NCBI GenBank assembly: GCA_965198115.1
Contig: OZ240241.1
Location: 704,001-768,000, forward strand
Length of the DNA: 64,000 nt
Reading direction: 5' to 3'
Origin: Candidatus Latescibacterota bacterium
Lineage (GTDB): Bacteria > Latescibacterota > UBA2968
Below the pieces are notes generated by a model that made no database searches, was not told the DNA's origin, and saw only the letters and a list, made by a program, of their open reading frames with translations. This document shows, one piece after another, positions 50,559 through 61,700 of the stretch (its first letter is position 1; the number at the start of each line of letters is the position of its first letter). A program made the position numbers and the translations under genes.

Positions 50559-51560
50559 GTGAAAGGAAAACTCGTGGCAGATAAAGCACCGTGGATTACC
50601 TATCGACCCACTCTGAAGGTTCTGGATTGCACGATTCGCGACGGTGGGCTGGTCAACGACCACGACTTTACGGATGAGATTGTGCGTGCCGTTTACGATA
50701 CGTGCGTAGCCGCCGGTATCGACGCGATGGAGATCGGTTACAAGAACTCACCCGATATGTTTCCGAAGGGCGAATTCGGCCCGTGGCGCCATTGTGACGA
50801 GGAAGATCTGCGCCGCGTGGTGGGCGACCACGATCCCGAGACGACCGGGCTCAAGCTGTCGGCGATGGCCGATGCGGGGGGAAAGTCCAACTGGAAGGAG
50901 CAGATCGAGCTCTCCTCGGATAGCGTTCTCGATATGATTCGGGTCGCGTTTTACGCGCATCAGACGTCGGAAGCTGTTGAGATGCTTCACCACGCCCACG
51001 AGTTGGGCTACGAGACGATGGCCAACCTGATGGCGGTGTCGAACATCACGGAAATCGAAGTCGACGCCGTGCTCGAAGCGATCAAGTCGAGTCCGGCGGG
51101 AACGATGGTGATTGTCGACAGTTTTGGGCATCTCTACAGGGAACAGATCGATCTGCTCTACAACAAATATGCCGAGGCGATGGAGGGGACGGGTAAGGAG
51201 ATCGGGATCCACGCGCACAACAATATGCAGCTCGCCTTCGCCAACACGATCGAGGCGATTATTCTGGGCTCGGACCGTGCGGATGCGACGATGGCGGGAC
51301 TCGGTCGTGGTGCGGGCAACTGTCCGATGGAGTTGTTGCTCGGGTTCCTGCGGAACCCGAAGTTCGATCTTCGCCCCGTGATTCAGCTGCTCAGGGATCA
51401 TATGGATCCGCTTCGGAAAAAGGTCGAGTGGGGACCGCTCGTGCCCTACAACATTACCGGGCAGCTGAACCTGCATCCCAGAGCTGCGATGGAGTTCCGG
51501 GTGACCAAGGAGAAGAACGACTACGTGAAGTTTTACGATTCGATCCTTGCTGACATTTAG
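50559..51560 (+). CDS. DRE-TIM (HMGL-like) aldolase catalytic-domain protein, 4-hydroxy-2-oxovalerate aldolase-like
   Basis: LDCTIRDGG, IVDSFG, GIHAHNN, GLGRGAGN. Confidence 0.9.
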   Translation: MKGKLVADKAPWITYRPTLKVLDCTIRDGGLVNDHDFTDEIVRAVYDTCVAAGIDAMEIGYKNSPDMFPKGEFGPWRHCDEEDLRRVVGDHDPETTGLKLSAMADAGGKSNWKEQIELSSDSVLDMIRVAFYAHQTSEAVEMLHHAHELGYETMANLMAVSNITEIEVDAVLEAIKSSPAGTMVIVDSFGHLYREQIDLLYNKYAEAMEGTGKEIGIHAHNNMQLAFANTIEAIILGSDRADATMAGLGRGAGNCPMELLLGFLRNPKFDLRPVIQLLRDHMDPLRKKVEWGPLVPYNITGQLNLHPRAAMEFRVTKEKNDYVKFYDSILADI

Positions 51561-51643
51561 GTGAATCGGCAAAAGGCTTTGCAGTTTCGAGATGAGGATC
51601 GTGCACACGGCGCGATCCTCTCTCTTTATGGGCGGAAGATCGG

Positions 51644-52858
51644 GTGACCCTACAGAATCCGTTTCGTGAGTGGAACAGGGACTTCAGGCTTCTGGCCGCC
51701 GGAATGTTTTCCCTCGGCGTGTATTTCGGGATCCGGCACACGCTCTTCAACAATTTCATCGTCGAGCGGCTCGGCGTCGAAGCGCACCAGCTGGGTTTGA
51801 TCGAATCACTACGCGAGTTCCCCGGATTCCTGAATGTTCTGTTTATCGCGCTGATGATACGGATGTCGCCTCCCATCGTAGCCGCGGCGTCGCTCGTCGT
51901 GATGGGGGTCGCCATCGCTGCCTATTCGGAGATTTCCACGGTCTTCCAGCTGGGGGCGTTCGCGGTCTTCGGAAGCCTCGGCTTTCACAGCTGGCTACCG
52001 ATGCAGCAAGCCCTGGGGCTGGCCTATTCTCCTCCTGGGGACAAGGGGAAGTGGTTGGGTCAGCTGCGTAGCGTGACGAGTGCTTCCACGCTCGTGATGA
52101 TCGGCACCTGCCTCCTCGTGTTTGAATACCTCCACTACGAGGGTCTGTTTCTGCTGGCGGGGGCGGCCGTCATCGTGGGTGGGTTGACGATTTCGGTGGC
52201 TTCTCGCCCGGAGACGCACGTCGATCAGAAGAGCTTCGTGCTGCGGCGACGCTACTGGGTCTACTACGCGTTGAACGTGCTTCAGGGTGTGCGCCGGCAG
52301 ATGTTCATCACCTTCGCGATCTTCGCCCTGGTGAAGGTGCACGGAATGCCCGTCCGTACGACGATGATCTTGGTGCTGATCAACCAGGTTCTGATCACGG
52401 TCACGTCGCCTGCGGTCGGGGGTCTGGTGGATCGTCTGGGTGAACGGCTGATGTTGAGTATCAGCTACATCGGATTGACGATCATCTTCACGGGCTATGC
52501 ACTCATTCAGGATCGCCCCACGCTCTATGTTCTGTTCTGTCTGGATAATCTGATCTTCTTCGGTCCACTCGCGATGACGATCTACATTCACAAGATCACC
52601 CCCGCCGAGGAATTGAGACCGACGCTCTCGATGGGCGTGACGATGAACCACGTCGCGGCCGTGATCGGACCTTTCGTGGGAGGGCTGGCGTGGAAAGCGT
52701 TCGGATACGAGGTGATCTTCTTGAGTGGGGCCGCCATCGCCGCCCTGTCGCTCGTGATGAGTCAGTGGGTGGATCCGGAAGGTCTCCTCGCACGGGAGGC
52801 TGAAAAACAACGAATCAACGATGAACAGTCTGCGTTGGCAGAGGAGGCTACGTCGTGA
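51644..52858 (+). CDS. MFS transporter
   Basis: About 12 hydrophobic segments; GGLVDRLGER motif. Confidence 0.9.
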   Translation: MTLQNPFREWNRDFRLLAAGMFSLGVYFGIRHTLFNNFIVERLGVEAHQLGLIESLREFPGFLNVLFIALMIRMSPPIVAAASLVVMGVAIAAYSEISTVFQLGAFAVFGSLGFHSWLPMQQALGLAYSPPGDKGKWLGQLRSVTSASTLVMIGTCLLVFEYLHYEGLFLLAGAAVIVGGLTISVASRPETHVDQKSFVLRRRYWVYYALNVLQGVRRQMFITFAIFALVKVHGMPVRTTMILVLINQVLITVTSPAVGGLVDRLGERLMLSISYIGLTIIFTGYALIQDRPTLYVLFCLDNLIFFGPLAMTIYIHKITPAEELRPTLSMGVTMNHVAAVIGPFVGGLAWKAFGYEVIFLSGAAIAALSLVMSQWVDPEGLLAREAEKQRINDEQSALAEEATS

Positions 52859-53841
52859 GACATCGAACCCTGGGCAGGACGAATCTCGAAGTTTCCGAAA
52901 TCGGGTTTGGCTGCGGGGCCGTAGGCGGGTTGATGATCGAAGGGGATCGACGTGAGATGGTCAAGGCTGTGTCGACAGCGATCGAGGGTGGGATTACGTA
53001 TTTCGACACGGCACGTTCCTACGGCGACGGTCGATCGGAGTCGAACCTGGGGGATGTGTTGAGAGAGCTGGAAGCGGATGTCGTCGTGGGGACAAAGGTT
53101 CGGCTCACTCCGGCCGATATGGATGAGATCGAGGATGCCGTGGTGGCCCAGGTCGAGGAAAGTCTGGGCCGTTTGGGGCGCGAGCAGGTGGATCTGATCT
53201 ATCTGCACAATTCGGTCGTAAATGAAGGCGATCGGGACCGGGCGAGTCTCTCGGTCGACGATGTGGAGATGGCCACACAGGGTCTTCGGCGGGTCGCGGA
53301 CGAGGGTAAAGCGCGTTTCTGGGGAATCAACGGGCTGGGAGATCCGAGCGCGGTGATCGAAGCTGTTGAGCGGACGCGGCCTTTCGTGATCCAGGCGTGC
53401 TACAACCTGTTGAATCCGACCGGCGTCGAGCCGGCGCCGAAGGGTTACCCTTTTCAGGACAATCTGCAACTGATCGGGCGAGCTGCGGCTTCAGGTGCGG
53501 GTGTTGTCGGCATTCGGGCGCTCGCTGCGGGCGCACTGTGCGGGCAGGTCGAACGTCATCCGAACGCCACACCTCAGGTCGGCCCGATTGCGACGGGGTC
53601 GGACTATGTCTCCGATGTTGCGCGGTCTGCCGATTTCGGTTTTCTGGTTACCGAGGGCGTGGTCGAGGATCCGATCGAGGCTGCGATCCGCTATGCGGCC
53701 GATGCACCCGGTCTGACGACGGCTCTCGTGGGATTGTCGTGCGTCGATCACCTGTCTCACGCTTTGAAGAGCGTTGAGAAAGGTCCGCTGCCCGAGGCAG
53801 CCATTCACAGGATTCGCGAAGTTCAGTCGTCTTTCTCATAG
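52855..53841 (+). CDS. Aldo/keto reductase
   Basis: LGRTNLEVSEIGFG, FDTARSYG, SLGRLG..VDLIYLH, YNLL. Confidence 0.92.
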   Translation: MRHRTLGRTNLEVSEIGFGCGAVGGLMIEGDRREMVKAVSTAIEGGITYFDTARSYGDGRSESNLGDVLRELEADVVVGTKVRLTPADMDEIEDAVVAQVEESLGRLGREQVDLIYLHNSVVNEGDRDRASLSVDDVEMATQGLRRVADEGKARFWGINGLGDPSAVIEAVERTRPFVIQACYNLLNPTGVEPAPKGYPFQDNLQLIGRAAASGAGVVGIRALAAGALCGQVERHPNATPQVGPIATGSDYVSDVARSADFGFLVTEGVVEDPIEAAIRYAADAPGLTTALVGLSCVDHLSHALKSVEKGPLPEAAIHRIREVQSSFS

Positions 53842-53981
53842 CTTCGCTCTGGTGAAAGTGCTGATCGGCGCCAAATCCGATGGACTGTTGACGTCCTTCC
53901 ACCACAGGGCTCCAGGACAAGGTTCGCGACTCCGATTATCGATCTCTTCACTCCGAGTTTCACGGAACATCCCCTCAGAGT

Positions 53982-56019
53982 ATGGCTTCAGACCAACCTC
54001 AGAAGAACGCTTCCAGCTTGACCGTTTCGCCGATGCTCCAGAAGCGGATGATGGCGACGCTGTTCGCTTCGCAGAGCTTGTTCAGCGCATCCACCATTAT
54101 GGGCTTTACGCTGATGCCCATCATCTCCGCTCGACTCGGTGGCCGTGATAGCGCGGCCGGTGTAGCACCGACCGTCGTCATGTTGGGCAGGGCGCTATCC
54201 GCCTACCCGGCGGGTTGGATGATGGATCGATTGGGTCGGCGGCCGGGTCTTTCGCTCGGCTACGTGCTGTCGTGTCTGGGGGCTGTTCTCAGCGTGGTCT
54301 CCATCAGCTGGGAATCGTTCCTCGGGTTTACTGTGGGCGGTCTGCTCGTGGGTATGGACGTGGTGTCATCGAGCAGGCTCGGTTCGTCGCCGCGGAAATC
54401 CACGCGGCCCAGGATCAGGCACGTGCGATTGGCCTGGTGGTGCTGGCCGGGACCGTAGGCGCGGTCGGGGGACCCCTCCTCGTGGAGCCTTCAGGCATCG
54501 TTTCGAGAACGATCGATCTGCCTCCCCAGGCCGGGCCCTACCTGCTTGCCACCCTGTTGTGACGCCTTGCGATAATTCTCCGCCCGGCTTAAGCTATTCG
54601 CAGAATAGGCAGAATCGTTTCAATACGGTTAACAGTGGAGACCGTTCCCTAATGAGTTGAGGGTCACCTAAGATCTGGCGGCCATGCGACATAGTGCCAT
54701 AGGAGTACTTACAAGGCGCAACGGCCAAAAGCGGTTGTCGGACCTACGCCTGATGTCCCTTTCTTTACGCGAACGCGTTTGGCACATTCCGGGGGATCGG
54801 GACGCGAAACGCTCTCGACCTCCGACGGGTCCGCCATCGGCAGCACCGCCAGGGAGACGGCCGATTTTCTACCCCGCTTCGCCATTTTCGGGAAGCAGCT
54901 TCAAAACCACCTTGTCGACAGACGCAAGCTCTTGTTTTTGCACTGGTTTAAGTGTTTCCGACACCTGAAAAGCCCCCCCTTCGTCAACAACGGCCGCGAT
55001 GCGCCCTCCGGAACTAAAATTAGGACGGATTAGCAAAAGAAACCGGTCTCAACCGGTCTCCGGTCGGACGGCCACAGGTTTCCACCCCCCTATGCCCGCT
55101 GGCCTGGCCACGTCTTGAGCCTAATCGGTCGAAACGCGCTATTTTCTCGGTTCGAGAGCCTATTTCTCGGGCGTGTGGGAAAATGAAAAGGGCGGTCTAC
55201 ATCGGAACGCCCAGAGAGTTCATCCCCCCTTATCTCCGGTCGTCAGTTCTTGGTGCGTGAGAATGCGAATAGCGTAATCTGGGAGGGAATCTATCGTAAG
55301 CCGTAACAGCCCTGTTCACGGCCATCGCTCTGATTCTGACTCAACTGCTGCTGAGACCGGACCCTGTCCAAATTGGCAGGCTGGTCTCGGGTGGAACATC
55401 CCTTGCCCGGGAACGGGTCGTGGGGCGCAAGTTGAGGGAGATCTTTTCTGACGGAAACGCCCGATTCGGCGTCGCGGCGATGGTCATCGGGCAGTTCGTG
55501 ATGACGCTGATTATGGTCATCACGCCGTTGCATATGAATCACCACCATCACGGAACCGCTTCCATCTCGGGCGTCATTATGGCGCACACCCTCGGTATGT
55601 ATGGTTTGTCGAGTCTGACTGGCCGTCTCACGCCGAGGTTGGGACCCACGCGTGTTGTCTGGATCGGAGCGGCCATCCTCGCCGTTTCGGCTGTGATGAC
55701 TCCGGTTTCGAACAGCCTGCCCCTATTGGCGGTTGCCCTTTTCCTGCTCGGTTTGGGGTGGAACTTCTGCTTTATCGCGGGCACCGCGATTTTGTCGAAT
55801 GTCCTGGCTGTGGACGAACGTGGCCGGGCACAAGGAGCGAGTGAGGCTGTGATCGCAGTCGCCGCAGGCGGAGGCAGTCTCGGTACGGGCGTCGTCTTTG
55901 CCGGCGGGGGGATCCTGGCCGTCAGCGCGCTCGGTCTGGTGGTCTCCGGGGCGCTGCTCTGCGGAACGAGCTGGTGGTCCAAGCGGTCTGTTGCGGTTCC
56001 TGTGTCTGGGGATGATTGA
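53982..56019 (+). pseudogene. MFS transporter interrupted by a 751-bp element (also frameshift near 54357)
   Basis: GWMMDRLGRR, AHTLGMY, LGLGWNF. Removing 54558-55315 restores ...LLATL-FTAIAL... in frame with the 55420 ORF. Confidence 0.85.
54558..55308. mobile_element. Non-autonomous TGT...ACA mini-transposon/MITE without transposase
   Basis: 45-bp imperfect TIRs (34/45 identical): TGTGACGCCTTGCGATA...TTAAGCTATTCGCA vs reverse-complemented TGTTACGGCTTACGATA...TTACGCTATTCGCA; flanks aCCCTGT / gCCCTGT. Confidence 0.85.
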
Positions 56020-56043
56020 GGCACGAAGCACGTAGGGTACGTG

Positions 56044-56080
56044 AAAAAGCCCCGACTGCGCGACGCAGCGGGGCTCCGTT
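56044..56080. terminator. Hairpin between convergent genes
   Basis: AAAAA-GCCCCGaCTGCG-cga-CGCAGCGGGGC. Confidence 0.6.
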
Positions 56081-56097
56081 TGTGTGGGGTGTGGCAC

Positions 56098-56907
56098 TCA
56101 CAGGTCGGTCAGATACGCCATCGACTTTGTCAGCTCGTCGCGCGGGTCCTTCCCTTGAGGGATGCGGCATTCGAAGCCACAGTATTTGTCGTACCCGATG
56201 TCCTCCAGCGCCCTGAGTGCGGGCACGAAGTCCGTGTGTCCGTAACCTGGAAGAATCCGGTTGCTGTCGGCAAGGTGGACGTTCGCGATGTGCTTTCCGC
56301 CGGTCCGGATTGCATCGCCCAGGTCTGCGTCCTCGATGTTCATGTGAAAGAGGTCGGCCATCGTCGTGATGCCCGGACTGCCGACGGCTTCGCAAATGTC
56401 GACCCCGTGCTGTATGGTACAAGGCCACCATTGCTCGTAGCGATTGAGGGGTTCGACAATCAGGCTGGACCCGCACTTTTCCGCGTGGGGCGCGATCTCC
56501 TCTTTGAGGATCGCGGTGAGTAGGTCTTTCTCGAGCTGTTCGGTGGTGACGAGCGGCGAGAGGTCGGGAATCCGGTCACCGTTCCGCATTTTCGTGTCGA
56601 TCAGGGGCGGAAATACGATGCCGACACCGCCCAGCTCTCCGCAAATCGTGAGGACTTCTTTGATGGAAGCGATCGCTGCGGCGCGGCGGTCGGGATTTGC
56701 GTCGAGTATGGCGAGTTCGGGTGAAGAAAGAACGTTGGGGACGATGCCTGTACGCTTGGATGCTTTACCGATTTCCTCGGCGCACTCACGCTTGCTCGAT
56801 GCGGTGATCTCGATACCGGCGAAACCCATCTCGGCCAGGGCGTCGAACTTCTCGGTGAGCGTCCGTCCCGGCGCCATATTCTCCCGGATGGAAAAGTTCA
56901 GATCCAA
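56098..56907 (-). CDS. Sugar phosphate isomerase/epimerase (xylose isomerase-like TIM barrel)
   Basis: GFAGIEI, VEPLNRYE, DLFHMNIE, HLADSNR..PG.GH.DF, GFEC. Confidence 0.92.
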   Translation of the reverse strand: MDLNFSIRENMAPGRTLTEKFDALAEMGFAGIEITASSKRECAEEIGKASKRTGIVPNVLSSPELAILDANPDRRAAAIASIKEVLTICGELGGVGIVFPPLIDTKMRNGDRIPDLSPLVTTEQLEKDLLTAILKEEIAPHAEKCGSSLIVEPLNRYEQWWPCTIQHGVDICEAVGSPGITTMADLFHMNIEDADLGDAIRTGGKHIANVHLADSNRILPGYGHTDFVPALRALEDIGYDKYCGFECRIPQGKDPRDELTKSMAYLTDL

Positions 56908-56922
56908 GCCGTTCCTTCCACG

Positions 56923-58701
56923 CTATTTGATGTAAATATCGGCAGCCGCATCGACACAGGCCTCGAGCGTCCCCTCGTTGAAGGTAGGATGCGGTCCCTC
57001 TTTTTTGGCTCTATCCGGGTTTCTCAACGGTGAAACTATAGAATGACAAGGTCATAGATCGTTCCCTACGCTTGGTTGTGTGTGTAGGACAATCAAAGCG
57101 AAGGGGGTGCGACCTATGACCGGGAGCAGATTACTATCGAAACTGCTGAGATTCAAGGGGTTCCGTGTTGTCAGCTGGTGGTTTGAGGGGAGAAGCTGCT
57201 TCGTCATCGCCGTAAAGCCACATAAGAATGGTTTGTTGTTGTCCGGAGTGCGGCCGTCGAGGTAAAATCGTCCGCACAATGCCCCATCCGCGTCGGTGGC
57301 GTGACATTCCGGTGTGCGGGTGGAGGGTCTGGCTTCTCTACCATCCTCGGGAGATTCGGTGTCCTACCCACGGTCGTGTGGTCGAGGAGATTCCGTGGGC
57401 GGAGCGGTTCTCTCGGGTGACGTATCGCTTCGAGTATGCCATGCTGCGCTACTGCCAGACCATGACGCAGAAGGCGGCGTCCGAGTTGCTGCGCATCTCT
57501 GCCTCGACGCTGTCGGATCTCCTTCACCGATCCATCACGCGGCTTCGTGAAGGTCATCGTATCCGAGGGCTCAAAACCATCGGGATCGACGAGATCTCCT
57601 ACGCCAAGCGTCACAGGTACGCCACGCTCGTTTACGATCTGGACCGCTCCTGCGTGGTGTGGGTTGGCCGCGGCAGGGCGCGTAAAACGATCGATCGGTT
57701 CTTCACAGAGGCTCTCAGTCCCTACCAGAGATCCAAGATCGAGTGGGCCTGCTGCGACATGAGCGAAGCTTACATCGGAGCCATCCAGGAACACTGTCCG
57801 AATGCCAAGCTGGTCCTCGATCGCTTTCACATCGTCAAGGCTCTCAATGCCGCCGTTGACGAGGTCCGTAAGGACCAGTGGCGTAAAGCTGCCCCGGATG
57901 AGCGCAAAGCCATGAAGGGCCTCCGATGGCTCCTCTACCGGCACTCAGCGACACGCTCCAGAGGGGATACTCGGACACTCAAAGCACTGGAGGAGGCGAA
58001 CTACCGAATCTATAGAGCCTGGAGACTCAAGGACGAGTTCGAGCAGTTCTGGGAATACAAAGCGCCCTGGGCTGCCGAACGCTTCCTGAAATGCTGGACG
58101 ACGTCCGCACTCAGAAGTCGACTTGAACCCCTGCGAAAGTTCGTCAGGACCCTGCGACAGCACTTCTTCGGCGTCCTCGCATTCGTGAACACGCGTCTTA
58201 CCAACGCCATCGCCGAAGGCCTCAACCGAATCGTCCAAATCGTCAAGAACCGAGCCAGCGGATTCCGCACACTCGACGCATTCAACGATATGATCTTCCT
58301 TACCGTCGGAGACATAAACATCCCTGAGCAGATTCCGAAGAGGTTCCGCACACTCTAACCGCGCCCCCATGCCAGGAACCACGGCACCTTCACCCACTTC
58401 AGCTCGTTGAGAGATCCGGATATAGCCTTTTTCTTCTGGAGTCGAACTTGTAAATCAGCAGCTTCCACTTGTTGGGACCCAGATACTCCAGGCGTGCCAG
58501 GCGTCCGACGCCCTTGACGTTTCCCATTCCAAAGACGCGACCCACGAGGCCGCTCTTCGCCTCCTTCACAATCTCGACGAACAGCATATTCGCTTTGAAG
58601 TGACCACGAAATCCGCTGATCCCACGACGTCGATACTTTTTTGCGTGATTCTTGAGCGCTGAAATCGCCGTCTGTTGCGCGCCTGGCGATGGCATTTGCA
58701 T
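56923..58701 (-). pseudogene. Small hypothetical protein interrupted by ISL3 copy 2
   Basis: ...ARLEYLGPNKWKLLIYKFDSRRK on one side, KEGPHPTFNEGTLEACVDAAADIYIK* on the other; insertion in an A-run. Confidence 0.6.
57007..58427 (+). mobile_element. ISL3-family insertion sequence, copy 2 (transposase 57080..58358, 1-bp insertion near 57232)
   Basis: Same IRs and near-identical sequence to 2296..3715, in inverted orientation. Confidence 0.95.
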
Positions 58702-58787
58702 GCCGTTTCCCCCCGAAAACGTGCCAGCTCTCTGCGACGAACGAAGATACGTCCGATGCGGACAGCCAGCAACTCAGCGATGTTTTC

Positions 58788-61700
58788 TCAGAATTGCGCG
58801 GCAAATATCAGGAAATCGCTGAAACCAACCGTGTCATCGCCATCGAGGTCGGCCTCCACCAAGTAAAACTCCTGCCCCGCGGAGGAGCCGAAAGCTCCGG
58901 CGAGCAGGAGGAAGTCGGGAAAGCCTACGGTCCCATCTCCGTCGATGTCGGCCGATGGCTCCGATCCCGCGATCCCGGTGGTAGCCAGGGATACGATCAA
59001 CGGTGGGGAAGCGTCGGCAGTGAAGATTGTGAATGTCCCGGTGACGGGGCCTTCCTCCTGGGAACCGAACACGAGGTCGAAGTTCAAAGAGACTCCCGGT
59101 TCGACGATGCCCAGGAGTGGACTCACGGTGAACGGTCCTTCGACCCGAACGCTGTCAACAGTCAGATCGCCCGTGCCGTCGTTCTGCAAGGCGATGGCCA
59201 GGGTTGCGCTCGTCCCCACCGCGACATCACCCCAATCCAGGGATTGTGTGGCCAAGACCGGGAGCGGTTCGAGTTGGACCGGCGCGGGTGCAGTGCCGGA
59301 CAAGTCGATGGTGATCGTCGGCGATTCAGATCGTTCGAGCCAATCGTGAGTGACCCTAGCGTGGTCCCTTCGGCGGTGGGCGAAAACGTGACCGTCAGGG
59401 TCGACGTTGCGCCTGCTGGGATGTCGAGGGTGTTCGGGCTGACTGTGTAAGGACCCGAGTCGATCGTAGCCTGGCTGATGGTGAGGGACTCGCTGCCGTT
59501 GTTTTCGATCGACAGGGTCAGGGAAGATGAGGCGCCGATTTCGGTCAGGCTGAAACTCAGCGACTCGATCGATAGAGCGATTCTGGGCTGACTGGGCAGA
59601 ATCGACACGGGACCAAAGCTGTCGACAAAAGACAGGCCGCCTGACTGATCCGCGAAAATTAAAATGTCATAGTCTCCGGTCCCGAGGGTGCCGGTTGGCG
59701 CAGTGACCGTGAATTGCCCATCCGTTACGTCTGCAATCTGAGAGGCCAGCGGTGTTCCATCAGAACTGTTGAATTGCAGGGCCATCTGACTAACTGAACC
59801 CTCGGTGAAGGTGCCAGAAATCGTCCGTGTTTGACCCAAGAAAAAGTCAGCGGTCAGAGGGGCATCGAGAAGAACTCCACAGAAGATATCCACGGGAAGC
59901 CGGAAGGGCTCGGTTCCATTAGGCTGGATGGTGATAGGTGCGAACGTTCCGCGAAGAGGAAGACCACTGGTTGTGCCTCCAAACACGTTTAGCGTGTAGG
60001 AGCCGGATTGCGATGGGAAGTAAACGAGCCCCTTCCGGAAGGCGCTATCCACGACGTTGAATTGGAACAGGATCTGCGTTCCGCTCTCATCCGTTAGGAC
60101 AACTTGTATGATTTCGATGGATGGATCCGCTACCGTGCCAGAGAAAGTGACTCCCTGCCCAGCCACTATCGCAGTGGGGAATCCGACGTCGAGGGTAAGA
60201 CCATCAAAGAAGTCTGTGGGGAGTGAGAAGGCACCTTCGCCCTCAGTGACAGAGAAGACTGGGAAACTCCCCACGAAGGGCAGAAGCTCCCCTGAAACGC
60301 CCATATAAACACTTAGCACGTACGACCCAATCTGATCAGGCCCAAATAGGATTGAACTTTCGAACTGACCAGATTCTACATCTTCAGTGAAACTAATTGT
60401 ATCGCCTGTAACATCGACAAATTGAAACAGGACCCGGGAAACGTTGTGATCACCTATGACTCCAGAGAGGCGCAGAGGCTGGCCCGAAGACACCGAAGTT
60501 AGGATTTCAGCCTCAAGCAAGATGCCCGGAAAGAAGTCAGGTGGTAAGTCGAGCGCCCCTTCGCCCTGTTCGACAGACACACGGGGAAGCTTGCCCACGA
60601 AAGGAAGGGACTCTCCCTTTAGGGCCCGCAAAGATGTTAAGCTCGTACGTCCCGGAATCGTCGTGGGATGTGAGCAGGATCGCCCTAAAACGCCCATTTT
60701 CGACTGATGATCTGAAGAGTAGTGTGTCCGCACCACTGCTAATCGGATCGAATCGAAACTGGATCTCCGTGTCGTTTGGGTTCGCCAACGTTCCTTCAAC
60801 TACCATCGCCTGGCCAGTGGTCATATCGCCGGAGAGCGGCGCATCGAGTGTGAGCTGAGGGAGATAGTCCGTTGGCAAGACGTTGCTCACCTGGAAGCTT
60901 CGCCCGACGGGAATGGTCACTGCGACAAGATCGGCCTCCAAATCCCCCGTGATCGTGATGTCGTGTGTGCCTCCGTCGGCCGTTAACCGGAAGTAGGCGG
61001 CGGCAGCCGGACGGACCTGATCCGACACGGCGGTCGAGGGCAGGCGATCTGGTGTTCCGCGACGGGTGGCATCACCCGTTCTCCCGTGGTGGGGTCGGTT
61101 AGATGCCGACTCCCGTAGTTCAGGGTAGGGTCGCTGTTGAGGCCGGCTGCTGAGATGAAGTTACGTGTGACGAAAGATTCCAGGAGTTCGTCGAACGTGG
61201 CGCCGGTGGCACTTTCGATGTTCTCGATGCCCGTTCTGTGGGTCTTGACGAGGGCGCCCGGGATCTCATCTCCGTAGAGGTCGATCATCGTCTGGAGTCC
61301 TAGGTAGGCTGCCCCGCGAATGCCCGAACTCGCGAGCGCGTCTCCGTTCAGGCGAAAGGTCTCTGGGGCGGAGAGGAAGCTTTCCAAGCGACTCGGGTTC
61401 CCGCTCTCGACGTGTCCTCCGACCAGGTCCTCGGTAAAATGAGACAGGGCTTCGTTGAGCCAGGATTCCTCTGCGTCGCTGCCACCAAAGATGAAAAAGT
61501 GTTGGTTGAAGTTTACAAGATGCTGGTACTCGTGCGCGAGTAATGCATCATAGGAATTAGGGTCTTCACTTGGGCTAAGTGCATGATTTCATAAATATTA
61601 TTACGTATGTCCTGAACATTATTTGTAGCTTATGTTCTCCTTCAAAAGGAGGAGAACAATGCCAAGACGTTCGCCTTATGTGGTGCTACTGTCTGAGAAG

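Noticed and set aside
54558-55308. Group II intron, or protein-coding cargo (ORFs 54684..54968, 54779..55033)
   Set aside because: No GTGCG 5' end or domain V was recognised. TIRs and a target duplication indicate DDE transposition. The ORFs have no recognisable motifs.
2296-58427. Composite transposon or inversion bounded by the two inverted ISL3 copies
   Set aside because: Both flanks of copy 2 belong to the same small gene, and the flanks of the two copies do not cross-match.
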